A stretch of 64,000 nucleotides of DNA from a candidate division WOR-3 bacterium (GTDB lineage: Bacteria > Hydrothermota > Tepidihabitantia > Tepidihabitantales > Tepidihabitantaceae): assembly GCA_965649225.1 (NCBI GenBank), contig CBFGJX010000003.1:64001-128000 (forward strand), in the 5' to 3' direction. The notes under the pieces were generated by a model, which was given only the letters and a program-made list of their open reading frames with translations, ran no database searches and was not told where the DNA came from. The translations under genes were made by a program, and so were the position numbers. The number at the start of each line of letters is the position of its first letter. Positions within the stretch are counted from its first letter, which is position 1. Shown here one piece after another: positions 39,705 through 49,889 of the stretch.

Positions 39705-42700
39705 TCAGCGCAGTACCGTCAATCTGACTCCGACCCCAGCCATACCGGAAACCGTCAGATAATAAACACCGGCTGGCAGCCGCCCGACATCAGTCGCGAC
39801 AGTTGAACCGCCGGTAACTGGAACAGCATGCACCCTGCGGCCAGCCGCGTCATAAAACTGCAACTGCGACACGGAACTACCGGACAGTCGAGCGGATGGC
39901 AGATTGACGATGACCCGGCCCGCGGCCGGATTCGGCGTAACCCGGAGCCCATCGGCCATTTCTGCACCAACACGACTGTCCCGGCCGGCGAATCCAGCAG
40001 CCACCCCGTTCTCAACCGGCACATAACGCCACAGTTCCAGCGTCCGGTTACCTTTCAGCGCATAGAGCGCCTGGCTGCCGGCCGCGATGTCGCCACCAGC
40101 CTTGACCCGGCGGCGTTTGAGTGTCGAACCGACCGCCGGTATCGTATCCTCTTCCTGCCAGATCTGCCGGTAGGGGTCATAGCTGTAGAAATCCTGGCTG
40201 TTGCCGCCTTTCAACGCCCAGATACGGCCTGCCAGCAGGGCGGCCGAGCCGCCGTCCTTGCTCTTTTTGCTCCTGCCGGTCTGACCGCACAGCAGCGGCA
40301 TTCCAGACCGGACATCACTCCACCGGCCGGCAAGGAGATCATAACTGTACAGCTCATGAACCCGGGCCTTGTGGGCAACGATCAGACCGGCGGCTTTAGC
40401 TGCCGGCCGGCTGTCCGGCACATACACCAGCCAGGAACCCCGGTCCCACCTTGCCCGGGAACCACTCGGAGCATCAGGCAATACCTGCCACTCACCCGTT
40501 GTGGCATTGAAGCGGTAGAACTCGCAGCCAGAACCCTTGAGCAGATATACGTAACCGCTGTCGCCGGCATTGACCCAGACGAGGTCGCTACCGCCCTTCA
40601 TCTTTCTGCCCTGCGGGCCGGCGGGAACGTCGGCGAGCTGTTCCCACGAAGCGCTGGCGATGTCGTAGCGCCAGAACCCCAGCGTTCCGTTGCCCTTGAC
40701 CGCATAAACCCGACCTGCCCCGTCAGCACAGGCAGCCGCGCCCCGATAGGGTGGCCTGCCCTCCGTTCCTGCCGGCCACGGAGTCAACTGGCCGAAAGTA
40801 TCCGCGACCGGCTGGAAAAACAGCATGTCCGGCGTCTTGTTTCCCCGGGCGATGACAAATCGGCCCGACTGCTGGTCAAAAACAATCCATCCGCCGTCCT
40901 TGACCGCCCGATTCGATGGTACCAGCGGCAGATTGGGCATCTCAACCCAGCCCGGCTGAATTGGCGGCCGACCGGCAACAACTGCAAACTGGCGGCTCAG
41001 CGTGTCGTTTGCCTGATTGCCATCGAAGGCAATCGCGACTGAACAACGCGCGACATACGGACCGGCCCGCCGCGACCCGGTCCATGGCTGAAACCACAGT
41101 TCTCGGGTCTCGCCCGACCCCAGACCGACAACAACGAGCGAGTCACGATAGTCGGTATCCGGACCGCTGATGCGGAACCACGCCATGAAATCCGCCCCGG
41201 CCGCGCCAAAATTGCCCAGCCGGGCACCGGGCATTACTGTCGCGGCTGAATCAACCGTATCGGCCGGTGCCAGCAGGCCGATTACCCCGACATCTACGGT
41301 ATTGACCGTGAACGCCGTGGTCGCGGTGTCATTTGCCCGGACATTGTCAACCATTTGGGCGACCGAACAGCGCCCGACCCAGCTCCCGGGTGTTGCCGTC
41401 CATTGCGCAAAGCTCAGTGTCGTATCAGCCGGCGGCAGACCGGCGGCAAGAAAAACGCTGTCACGGTAGGAAGAAGCAATCACGAACCAGACCCGCACCG
41501 GTTCGCGCTGGGTGCCGTTGTTGCGCACCACTGCCTGCGGTACAACTGGACCGGGAGGTACCGCTCCCGTCGGCGCACTGACCGCAACCACTGCCGCGTC
41601 GTGCACCAGTACCGTGACACTGTCCAGCTGCCGGTCATTCGCCGGCAGCAAGTCCCCGGCCAGCTCAGTCGAACAGCGGACGGCGTTCAATCCGCGACTC
41701 TGGGCAGTCCAGGCCGGAAAACTCACCCGGCGTCTTTCGCCCGGGGCATGACTGCTGACCGATACTGTCTGATTATAACCGCTGCCGATTCGCATCCGGA
41801 CGCTGTAACTGACTGTCGTGGGACCGTTGTTGACCACCGAGCATGCCGGTACAATCACCGCACCGGTATCCACAAGCCCTGCCGGTGCGGTGATGCCGGT
41901 ACAGGCCACATCCAGCGGCGGATTGCCGTTGACCACCCGAACCCGCTGGGAATCGACCCGAACATTACCGGCCGCATCCTTTGCCCGGACATAAACCCAG
42001 TAGTAGCCGTCATGAAAATCCGCGGTTGCCCAGCGACCGGTGCTGTCGGTCACTTCGATTGTCGAATCGCCGTCCGTGTTGGTAACGATGTGGAAGTAAT
42101 CACGGTAATCATAGTCGCCCCGGGTATTGCAGACGGCGTCATCCTTGTAGACAACACCGATTTCCGGTGTTCCGGGTGGTGGCAGTCCGTATTTGTAGCT
42201 CAAAGCCAGCCGCCAGGGTAGTGAATCCCAGTCTCCGCGAATCCGGTAGTCAAGAATGAACGGCGCCAACCGGTCCCAGACGGCATTGCCGGTCGAGAGC
42301 GTCATTTTGTCGTATACCTTGGCGATGATGTCAACATTCCCATACAGACTGTCCGGGTCGAGGTAGCTCGAGCTGTTGTCACGACAGAAGGCGAAGCGTG
42401 ACCCGCTGCGGGCGTTTTCAAAAACCGGTCGTACCGTGTCGGACTGCGGCTGAAGCAAAGTCAGTGGATTCTGAATGAACCACCAGGTGTAATTGGGAAA
42501 ACGCTGCCAGGTCGCACCGGTATCGGAAATCCGGGCGAAGTGAATATGCTGGAAGTTGTAGGGAAAATCCACCAGATAACCGATGAGTTCACCGGCCTGA
42601 ACTTCATCGCCAACGTTCTTGTGCGGCCGGGCCGGATCGATATGAGCATAAAGCCAGCCGGTACAACGACCGGTGTTGGCCATCGCCGAATCGGATATTG

Positions 42701-42953
42701 CCAGCCGGTAATGCAGATTCGCCTGAATCGTGCCCCATGCCTTGACCCAGCCATGCGCCACGGCGTAAACCGGCGCTCCGGTTACCAGCGGGAAAATGTC
42801 GATGCCGTTGTGAAAATAGGCGCCGCCGCCGTAGTCCTGGTATTCCCCCCAGTTATTGCCTATCGGATGGGGTTGATTAACCGGTGCGATTGGCCAGTCG
42901 AAGGCCGCCACCGCACCCGCTGCACAGAGAAGACAAAAAACCAGCCTGCTCAA
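39705..42953 (-). CDS. Secreted M23-like metallopeptidase + 3 Ig-like (CARDB-like) repeats + Kelch-like propeller + T9SS-like CTD
   Basis: HNGID..PVYAVAHG..YAHI..HIH zinc motifs; repeats beginning DVAC/DAAV/DVGV; VTPNP..YDAAGR..GVYY. Confidence 0.8.
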   Translation of the reverse strand: MSRLVFCLLCAAGAVAAFDWPIAPVNQPHPIGNNWGEYQDYGGGAYFHNGIDIFPLVTGAPVYAVAHGWVKAWGTIQANLHYRLAISDSAMANTGRCTGWLYAHIDPARPHKNVGDEVQAGELIGYLVDFPYNFQHIHFARISDTGATWQRFPNYTWWFIQNPLTLLQPQSDTVRPVFENARSGSRFAFCRDNSSSYLDPDSLYGNVDIIAKVYDKMTLSTGNAVWDRLAPFILDYRIRGDWDSLPWRLALSYKYGLPPPGTPEIGVVYKDDAVCNTRGDYDYRDYFHIVTNTDGDSTIEVTDSTGRWATADFHDGYYWVYVRAKDAAGNVRVDSQRVRVVNGNPPLDVACTGITAPAGLVDTGAVIVPACSVVNNGPTTVSYSVRMRIGSGYNQTVSVSSHAPGERRRVSFPAWTAQSRGLNAVRCSTELAGDLLPANDRQLDSVTVLVHDAAVVAVSAPTGAVPPGPVVPQAVVRNNGTQREPVRVWFVIASSYRDSVFLAAGLPPADTTLSFAQWTATPGSWVGRCSVAQMVDNVRANDTATTAFTVNTVDVGVIGLLAPADTVDSAATVMPGARLGNFGAAGADFMAWFRISGPDTDYRDSLVVVGLGSGETRELWFQPWTGSRRAGPYVARCSVAIAFDGNQANDTLSRQFAVVAGRPPIQPGWVEMPNLPLVPSNRAVKDGGWIVFDQQSGRFVIARGNKTPDMLFFQPVADTFGQLTPWPAGTEGRPPYRGAAACADGAGRVYAVKGNGTLGFWRYDIASASWEQLADVPAGPQGRKMKGGSDLVWVNAGDSGYVYLLKGSGCEFYRFNATTGEWQVLPDAPSGSRARWDRGSWLVYVPDSRPAAKAAGLIVAHKARVHELYSYDLLAGRWSDVRSGMPLLCGQTGRSKKSKDGGSAALLAGRIWALKGGNSQDFYSYDPYRQIWQEEDTIPAVGSTLKRRRVKAGGDIAAGSQALYALKGNRTLELWRYVPVENGVAAGFAGRDSRVGAEMADGLRVTPNPAAGRVIVNLPSARLSGSSVSQLQFYDAAGRRVHAVPVTGGSTVATDVGRLPAGVYYLTVSGMAGVGVRLTVLR

Positions 42954-43090
42954 TTGTCCTCCAAATCTGGAGTCGAACCAGCCTCAAGAAGGCAGAAAAG
43001 AACGGCGGCCGTGTCCCGCCGCCTTGCCAGCGCAATTCTAGGCATTCTCTCGCGCCGGTCAATGCGGCCAGAAGCGGAACAAGAACCCGG

Positions 43091-44272
43091 CTAAATCAGT
43101 GCTTCCAGCCTGTCGGCCAGCCAGTGTGCCTGCATGCGCCGGTCGTAACGGTCTCGGCTTCTGGCTCCGAACCGCGCCGGGTCACGGCCGGCCTCATCCA
43201 GCGCAGCAACAAGCCGTTCCGGGTCATCACCGCAGTCGAAACCGGCATCAGTTTCTCGCACAATCGCCACCGCCTCGTCCTGACCCTTGCCCCAGATGAT
43301 GATTGGCCGACGGGCGCCGAGATATTCATACAGTTTCAATCCGACCGGCTGACCCGGTTTTCCGACATACAACAACGCACTGGCACCCTTCATCAATGCA
43401 CAGGCTTCACGATGGGGTACCGTGCCAAGAAACTTCACCCTTCTCTCATTCTGAAATATTCGCTGGAGCCGGGTCCCAACCCGGCCGGCAAAATAAATCC
43501 GCGCCTGCGGTCGGACGCGCAGCGCCGCAATCAGTGCTGCCAGCTCCGCCTCGTTACCCCAGATGTTTCCGACGTGGACAATACTCTCGCCATCCAGCCG
43601 GGCCGGTTCCACCTCGAACTCGGCGGGGTCGAAACCGTTCGGCAGAATCTCGACACCCTGGCCAATCTCATGCGCGGTACCGACGTTGACTGCCAGCACC
43701 AAGTCCGAATGCTCCACCACCCAGCGCCGCAACCGCCGCAGCGCCGCCCGCTGATGCCGCGGTGGCGGTGCAAACCCGGTCGGCCACGGGTCACGGTAAT
43801 CCGAGCAGAGCGGAATGTGCCCGTGGGCCTTGAGTCTGACGCCCAGCAGGTGAGCGGTAAAAGGTGGCGCCGTCGCGAAAATCGCCGCCGGCTTCTGGTC
43901 GTCAATGATGTGCCGGCCGATATGCGACGCGAAAGGAAACCAGCCGATTTTGGAATCGGGAAACATCAACGCATTGAGCAGTCGTGGCCCCCGGGCCAGT
44001 CCTTTTGACAGCGCCGGCCGGAGACGTTTCGCCCTGGTCCGCAGCAGATTGAAAACCCGGTTCGGGTCGATGCTGTCGGTGCGGTAAAACCGCGACTCTT
44101 TCAGGTCTGCCAGCAGTGCCGGGTCGTAGTGATAGTAAGCGACCGGCTTGACCGTCAGAATCAACGGCCGCCAGCCGGCCTCAGGCAGATACTTGCACAG
44201 CTTGGTCACCCGCATCACTCCGGAAAGTCCCAGTGGCGGGGTATAGTAGGCAACTACCAGCAGACGACGCAT
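43091..44272 (-). CDS. Glycosyltransferase family 4
   Basis: YYTPP..GVMR..K, ATAPPF, DYRDPW, LPNGFD, KLYEYLGARRPI. Confidence 0.85.
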   Translation of the reverse strand: MRRLLVVAYYTPPLGLSGVMRVTKLCKYLPEAGWRPLILTVKPVAYYHYDPALLADLKESRFYRTDSIDPNRVFNLLRTRAKRLRPALSKGLARGPRLLNALMFPDSKIGWFPFASHIGRHIIDDQKPAAIFATAPPFTAHLLGVRLKAHGHIPLCSDYRDPWPTGFAPPPRHQRAALRRLRRWVVEHSDLVLAVNVGTAHEIGQGVEILPNGFDPAEFEVEPARLDGESIVHVGNIWGNEAELAALIAALRVRPQARIYFAGRVGTRLQRIFQNERRVKFLGTVPHREACALMKGASALLYVGKPGQPVGLKLYEYLGARRPIIIWGKGQDEAVAIVRETDAGFDCGDDPERLVAALDEAGRDPARFGARSRDRYDRRMQAHWLADRLEALI

Positions 44273-44319
44273 CAGCGATAAACTAGTTCCTGACCTCCGG
44301 CTGTCAATCATACTGATTC

Positions 44320-46341
44320 TCACCTCCACTTCCCGACCCGCTGCGCGATCCGGCCGATGACATCATCGGCCGGGAGTGGCTTCAGCCTCAACCCGGACAG
44401 ATACTCCAGCAATCCCTCCCCGTCCAGCGCAAGCAGGTGGTCCTCAACCTGCAACTCACGGGGCAGGTAACGGAAGAACGCACCGGAGCCAAGACTGTCC
44501 TCAAATCGCGTCAGGTTGCGTTCGACTACATCCCTCACCGCCGACAGCTGCGGAACGGGAAAACTCTCGTCGATTGCTCTTGCCTGCGCACCACGCACGA
44601 CCAGCAGCTTGCCGTCGATGTCCGAACAGTCCAACCCCTGCTTGACCAGTGCCTCGGCGACAAGATAACCATTGGTCACCCCGAGCAGATGAAGGATATG
44701 AAGCTGACCGCCGGACCAGAAACAGGGAAACTCGTTCGCCGCCAGCTCCGGGAACAGCCGGGCTTTGAGTACCGGCGCCAGCCGGTAGGAGTAGCCGCCG
44801 GTGCCCGTTCCCTCAAAAACCCGGGTGTTGGTCGAAAAATCTGCCAGCGGCCGCACCAGCAGCGTCTTCTCGGCCGCATTCTCTTTCACCAGTTCCCACG
44901 ACCGGCCGGCAAGGACAAAGTGCTTGAAGTAATAGAAGACCGTACCGACGGTCCGGTTGGTCGTCACATCAATCACCCGAAATTCGCCAAACGTCTTGTC
45001 CTGAATGTTGGAGTGAATCTTGCCCAGCTCAATCAGCTGCTCCGCTGCCGGCCCGCACTGATAGATTCCGGGCCGAACCGCAACCGCTTCGCCCCGGTCA
45101 ATCAGCTGACGAAACACCGCGTCCACGCGCTGGCGCTCTGCCAACGGCTCCAGCACCCGGTAAAGCGACGGCAGCGTCGTCCCGATGCGGCGGCGCTGAA
45201 ACAGATAAGACAGAATCTGCTGAGGCAGCACCGCGACGCCGGGCGTGTAGCGTTTCTCATGAAGCCTCCCGGCGCGCGCACAGTCCAGCAGGGTCTCGAA
45301 CATCAGCTTCTCCCACGGGTCGGCATGAACCCCGATAACGAACAGCTCTGACTGCCGCCGCCGGTTGCCGCGCCCCAGCCGCTGCAGCAGCGACGAGACA
45401 TTGAACGGCGGTCGCACCAGCACCACACCATCGATGTCGCCAATGTCGATACCCAGCTCCAGTGTCGAAGTACAGCAGACCAGCCCGGTTCGCTCCCGGT
45501 TCATCGCCGCCTCGACCGCTTCGCGTCGCTCACGGTTCATCGAACCGTGGTGAACCCAGGTCCGGCCACTGAACGGCGGCAGATTCAGCTGGCGCGCCCC
45601 GGCCTCGGCGCCGGAGCGGGCGTTGAAGAAACACAGCACCTTGCGACAGCCGGCCTCGACCAGCGCGGCCACGACTTCCTGCGGCCAGTCGTCGCCCATC
45701 GGTTTCAGCTGACTGATAATCTCCCGCCGACCCGGAACCTCGACGACTGACGGATCGGGAAAATAGCGCGCCCCGATATTCTCGTCGTCGATTGTCGCGG
45801 ACAGCGCATGACACCGGACGTGCGGATTAATCAGCCGCAGTCGCCCAAGCAGCGCCCGCAGCTGGTCACCACGGGGTGTGTTATCGAGTAGATGAAGCTC
45901 GTCAAGAATAACCGTGCTGACAGAACTGAACACCCGGGTATGCCGACACAGCAGCGAGTCGAACGATTCCGGAGTGGTAATCAGCAGAAACGGCAGCTTC
46001 TTCTCGTCGACAGTCGGATGGTCTCCGGTTTTGCGCCCGAGCGGGAGTTCCAGATATTCAAACGCCGGACCCAGCCGACGATACAGGTCGTTCACCAGCG
46101 CCCGGGTCGGCGACACATAAAGCACCCCCAGCCGGCCCTTTTCAGAAGGCAGCAGGGTTTCGACCACCGGGGCAACAACCGCCTCCGTTTTTCCCGAAGC
46201 CGCCGGCGATATCACCACTGTATTGCGGCCGGCAAGTATCGACGGAATCGCCTTGAGTTGAACTTCGGTCAAATTGCCGAAACGGGCAAAAAACGGATTC
46301 CAGGTCCGGTGCAGCGCCTGCCGGATTTGCTCCGCTGTCAC
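44320..46341 (-). CDS. Lhr-like SF2 DExH helicase (SngC/BrxHI-like)
   Basis: SPAASGKTEA, SPTRALVND, TTPES, DELH, LSAT, HHGSM, TSTLELGIDIG, QRLGRGNRR. Confidence 0.88.
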   Translation of the reverse strand: MTAEQIRQALHRTWNPFFARFGNLTEVQLKAIPSILAGRNTVVISPAASGKTEAVVAPVVETLLPSEKGRLGVLYVSPTRALVNDLYRRLGPAFEYLELPLGRKTGDHPTVDEKKLPFLLITTPESFDSLLCRHTRVFSSVSTVILDELHLLDNTPRGDQLRALLGRLRLINPHVRCHALSATIDDENIGARYFPDPSVVEVPGRREIISQLKPMGDDWPQEVVAALVEAGCRKVLCFFNARSGAEAGARQLNLPPFSGRTWVHHGSMNRERREAVEAAMNRERTGLVCCTSTLELGIDIGDIDGVVLVRPPFNVSSLLQRLGRGNRRRQSELFVIGVHADPWEKLMFETLLDCARAGRLHEKRYTPGVAVLPQQILSYLFQRRRIGTTLPSLYRVLEPLAERQRVDAVFRQLIDRGEAVAVRPGIYQCGPAAEQLIELGKIHSNIQDKTFGEFRVIDVTTNRTVGTVFYYFKHFVLAGRSWELVKENAAEKTLLVRPLADFSTNTRVFEGTGTGGYSYRLAPVLKARLFPELAANEFPCFWSGGQLHILHLLGVTNGYLVAEALVKQGLDCSDIDGKLLVVRGAQARAIDESFPVPQLSAVRDVVERNLTRFEDSLGSGAFFRYLPRELQVEDHLLALDGEGLLEYLSGLRLKPLPADDVIGRIAQRVGKWR

Positions 46342-47699
46342 TGTCTTTCGGCCGGTGCGCGCGGTCGCAGGCGAGCGATATCCAGCGCCTCGACGGAAAA
46401 CTTGATGAACGCCCGCACGCCTTCGACGTTGTACCGGCCCGCCTGCCGCAACAGCTTTTTCTGTTCCAGCTCGGTCAGCTCAAAACCCGGATAAGCTCGA
46501 CTGTAGATCATCACCAGCGCACTGAACGCTTCCACCAGCGCCCGGTCATCAAGCGGCTCCAGCGTGATTCGGTGCCGGATGCGATTGGCCAGCTTGATGT
46601 AGGCGTAATCGTATGGGCTGGGAGTGGTGGCAAAGACCAGCAGCAGCGCCGGGTCCTTGTAGATATAGGGTACCGGTCGAACCTGATTGTGAATCATCCG
46701 GCTGCTGACCCGTTTGAGTTCAGGGTCGCACTGAGCGGTACGCACCAGTCCGTCCATGAAATTGACGCTCTTGGTCAGATAGATAATGTCCCAGAGCCTC
46801 GTCACCGTCTCGGCCTCGTCGATCAGCAGCACCAGTCCTTTCAACCCCAGCTGTCGCGCCATCCAGGCAATACCCGACAGGACATTGCAGTACAAATCGG
46901 CAGCAGTGGAAAAATCGTACAGCGCCGGAATCCGCTGTCCGCCCCGAACCCGGTAGGGACTTCTCTTTTCGACCGCGTACTCCTTGGTGCTTTCTCCCTC
47001 TACCCACTGCCACAACACTTCGGCCTGCAGACTGCCCCGGTCAATCCGGCGCAGACGATCCAGCACCGGCCCGAAAAACACATGATCGGCGAGGTCCAGG
47101 TCCAACGCGAGGGTCAGCAGATCGCGGAATCCCATTTCCCGGCCGTCCTTGATGAAACGCAGATTGTGAACGATCTCCCGGTACACCCGCTTCGGCCGGT
47201 GCGGACTGACCTCGCTGGGGTCGAACTGACAGAAACTCGTCAGCATTCCACCCACGAGTGCCCGGTGATGGGCATACTCGAGAATGTGCGTCTTGCCCGT
47301 GCCGTACTCGCCTTCGACCATGAAGACATCACCCTGACCGCGCTCCAGCTGCTTCAGGGCACCGTCGATAATCTCAATCTGCTGGGTCCGGCCGAAAGTG
47401 AAAGTTTCAACATCCTGATGCGGGACAATCCCCAGCCGGAACGCCTCCACCATCCGCAGGGCCTGAATCCGGTCAATTGTCTCCAGTCCGGGACCAGCCG
47501 CGCCCAGCAGCGAATCATCCAGTCTCGACATCAGTCGCAGCCGCCGGACCGGCAGCCAGAGCCGCAGTCCGCTGGCAAACTTCACCAGCAGCTCGGTACC
47601 GCGCCAGCGCGAATCGAGAATTACGCCGTCGCCAAAGACTGGATGCGATACCAGTCGCCGGGAAGCGTTGGCAACCGCTGCCCGGCGGTCTTCGGTCAC
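46338..47699 (-). CDS. DUF2791/BrxD-like P-loop ATPase with N-terminal Tudor-like domain
   Basis: EAFRLGIVP..TFGR, Walker A GEYGTGKTH, Walker B GLVLLIDEAE. Confidence 0.8.
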   Translation of the reverse strand: MTEDRRAAVANASRRLVSHPVFGDGVILDSRWRGTELLVKFASGLRLWLPVRRLRLMSRLDDSLLGAAGPGLETIDRIQALRMVEAFRLGIVPHQDVETFTFGRTQQIEIIDGALKQLERGQGDVFMVEGEYGTGKTHILEYAHHRALVGGMLTSFCQFDPSEVSPHRPKRVYREIVHNLRFIKDGREMGFRDLLTLALDLDLADHVFFGPVLDRLRRIDRGSLQAEVLWQWVEGESTKEYAVEKRSPYRVRGGQRIPALYDFSTAADLYCNVLSGIAWMARQLGLKGLVLLIDEAETVTRLWDIIYLTKSVNFMDGLVRTAQCDPELKRVSSRMIHNQVRPVPYIYKDPALLLVFATTPSPYDYAYIKLANRIRHRITLEPLDDRALVEAFSALVMIYSRAYPGFELTELEQKKLLRQAGRYNVEGVRAFIKFSVEALDIARLRPRAPAERQ

Positions 47700-47758
47700 C
47701 GTTCCGTCACTGGCCGGCGGCCGGTTGTCGTCGTTCGGCTGCGTTGCCGCCCCCGGTT

Positions 47759-49033
47759 CTAGAACTCCTCGCTCTCGACCGCTGCCTTTTCCTGCTGTTC
47801 CAGCCGCTGAGTGGTAACCCGGAGCAGTTTCTCGGCATCCTTGGCTGTGAACTGCCGTCCGGGCTCAGCCCGCAGATTGTGCAGCGCCTCCAGCAGTGCC
47901 ACAACAAACAGTCGCCGATAAGACACGTCCAGCACAAAAGCGCTTACTGCCAGCTCGGCCAGCGTCTTGACAACCCGGTCGCTCTGCTCCGGTGCAAGCT
48001 TCGTGTCGTAGGCCGTCTCGAACAACCCGACCAGCCGGCCGCCCAGCGCAACCAGAAAATCGACCGGTGCCACCCCGAGTTTCTCCAAATCGATCTTCAC
48101 CCCTACCGGATTCATCTCGTTGAAAACGCTGCGCAGCCGTTGCTTCAGTGCTTCATAGACCCCACCCGAGCCTTCCAGCAGCAGATTCTCGTCGGGTACG
48201 GCATAGAAGAACATTGCTCCCGGCAGCCGCGAGTTGCCGCACTCATCTACCAGCTGCCGCAGATTGTCCAGTGCCCGCCGCTTGTCCCGCGACGATGCAA
48301 TCGACATCCCGCGTTCGGCCTCATCGAACAGCAGCACCAGTCCGGCGTAGCCGATCGCGTGCACCCACTGCGCCAGCGAACGCAGCATTCGGAACGCGGT
48401 TGCCCGGTCGATGCGCTCCGAAATCCGGAAGCGGGTACGCACGTCCCGATGGACCTCCTCACCTTTCAACCACTGCACAACATCCTCGAAACCGGCAGCA
48501 TCTTCGGCCAAGAGACAGCTGAACGCCGCCCGGACCGCATTGTGGAAACTCGTACTCTCGGTGGATGGCAGCTGGTCGAGATGGTTGCGCAGGGTATCGG
48601 CACGACCGGCATCAGCCCGGCGGTCCTCAAACCACCGCCGCAGCACGCTCTCGATCCCCTTCCGGGTATCCAGTCCCGGCTGACTTCCCGACTGCGGTGC
48701 GGTCAGGTTTGCCACGATGCCCTTATAAACCAGCTCCAGCCGGTCAAACGGACATTCAGTCGGATTCAGGCTGACGTAGGCAACACAGTAACCGTGACGG
48801 AACGCCAGATCCCGGACGACATAAAGAAAGTGCGTCTTGCCGCCGCCGTAGTTGCCGGTTACCAGTTTAAAACTCGAAAGATTGAATTTAAGAATGCCAT
48901 TGAGGTACTCTTCCTCCAGCGGTCGGATGTAGCTGTCCAGTCCAACCGTGAAACTTTCGATACCGAACTCGGGCGGGGTGCCGGTCGAACCGAGCTTGGT
49001 GATTACTGCCTTGGCGAGCTGCCGATCCATCAT
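47759..49033 (-). CDS. DUF2791/BrxD-like P-loop ATPase
   Basis: GTPP..FTVG, FKLVTGNYGGGKTHF, GLVLLFDEAE, LRQLVD, YEALKQRL; GAGGAGG RBS. Confidence 0.85.
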   Translation of the reverse strand: MMDRQLAKAVITKLGSTGTPPEFGIESFTVGLDSYIRPLEEEYLNGILKFNLSSFKLVTGNYGGGKTHFLYVVRDLAFRHGYCVAYVSLNPTECPFDRLELVYKGIVANLTAPQSGSQPGLDTRKGIESVLRRWFEDRRADAGRADTLRNHLDQLPSTESTSFHNAVRAAFSCLLAEDAAGFEDVVQWLKGEEVHRDVRTRFRISERIDRATAFRMLRSLAQWVHAIGYAGLVLLFDEAERGMSIASSRDKRRALDNLRQLVDECGNSRLPGAMFFYAVPDENLLLEGSGGVYEALKQRLRSVFNEMNPVGVKIDLEKLGVAPVDFLVALGGRLVGLFETAYDTKLAPEQSDRVVKTLAELAVSAFVLDVSYRRLFVVALLEALHNLRAEPGRQFTAKDAEKLLRVTTQRLEQQEKAAVESEEF

Positions 49034-49040
49034 CCCCTCC

Positions 49041-49889
49041 TCAGTCCCTGCCGGCGAAGGACAGGTAAGAGTAGTAGGTCCCTTCGCCATCCTCGTTGTC
49101 CGGCACCCAGATTGCGCGTGACTTCTCTGTCGTTGCATCAAAATTGGCCACATGCAGCTTCAGCACCCATCCGGCATGTTCAAACTGCCCGGATTCTTTC
49201 AGTCGAAACAAGTCATAGGAAAATCGCACGCGCGGATACTCGACGAATTTCTGCTGAACCGGATCAACCCGGAATGCCGGCGGCTGCATCAGCATCACCA
49301 GCTCCGCAAGAATGTCGGTCAGAAACACTCTGGTGCCCGGCGGCAGGTTGCCCAACAGCAACTGACGCTGATATGCGCGGTGCAGCAGCTCGATCATTCT
49401 CGCTGGCGGCACCGCCTTCTCGGCCAGTCGTTCCTGCCAGGTCTGCAACATTGCCACCAGCGCACCCGGGTCGAGGCTCAACCCTGTTTTCAGTCGCTCA
49501 ACCCGTGGTCCCCAGAAGATGCTTGCCTTGCCCGCCGCAAAATCAACCTCCAGTCCGAACAGCCCGACCCGCAACTGCGGCAACTGGCCCTTCACCGTCA
49601 TACCAGTTCCCTCGAGCGCTGCGCTCAGACTCCGGCCAAACTGGTAGCGGAGCTCATCCTTCTGTACCGCCACCGCATTCTGCTCGGTTGCCAGCCACAC
49701 TTTCAGTTCCTCTTTCATGGTGGTGTCGGCAAAACCTTCCGCCGCCTGCGCCAGCCGCGCCAACGCGGTCTCTCGGACAAATGCGTTTTTCTGCGGTTCG
49801 GCGAGCAGGGACTGGTATTCTTCAAGACCGCGGGCAAGTTTCGTTGCTGCCGCTCCAAGCGCCTTCAACCGGGCAACTAGTCCTTCCAT
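49041..49889 (-). CDS. Hypothetical protein, first gene of the ATPase-helicase operon
   Basis: 282 aa with a helical N-terminus; promoter TTGACC-16-TATACT 8 nt upstream; 7-nt gap to the next gene. Confidence 0.75.
   Translation of the reverse strand: MEGLVARLKALGAAATKLARGLEEYQSLLAEPQKNAFVRETALARLAQAAEGFADTTMKEELKVWLATEQNAVAVQKDELRYQFGRSLSAALEGTGMTVKGQLPQLRVGLFGLEVDFAAGKASIFWGPRVERLKTGLSLDPGALVAMLQTWQERLAEKAVPPARMIELLHRAYQRQLLLGNLPPGTRVFLTDILAELVMLMQPPAFRVDPVQQKFVEYPRVRFSYDLFRLKESGQFEHAGWVLKLHVANFDATTEKSRAIWVPDNEDGEGTYYSYLSFAGRD

Noticed and set aside
43091..44329. GT4 gene as a fifth member of the ATPase-helicase system
   Set aside because: It appears to have its own promoter (TTGACA-16-TAGTTT) and looks like an ordinary envelope GT4; linkage is not excluded without synteny data
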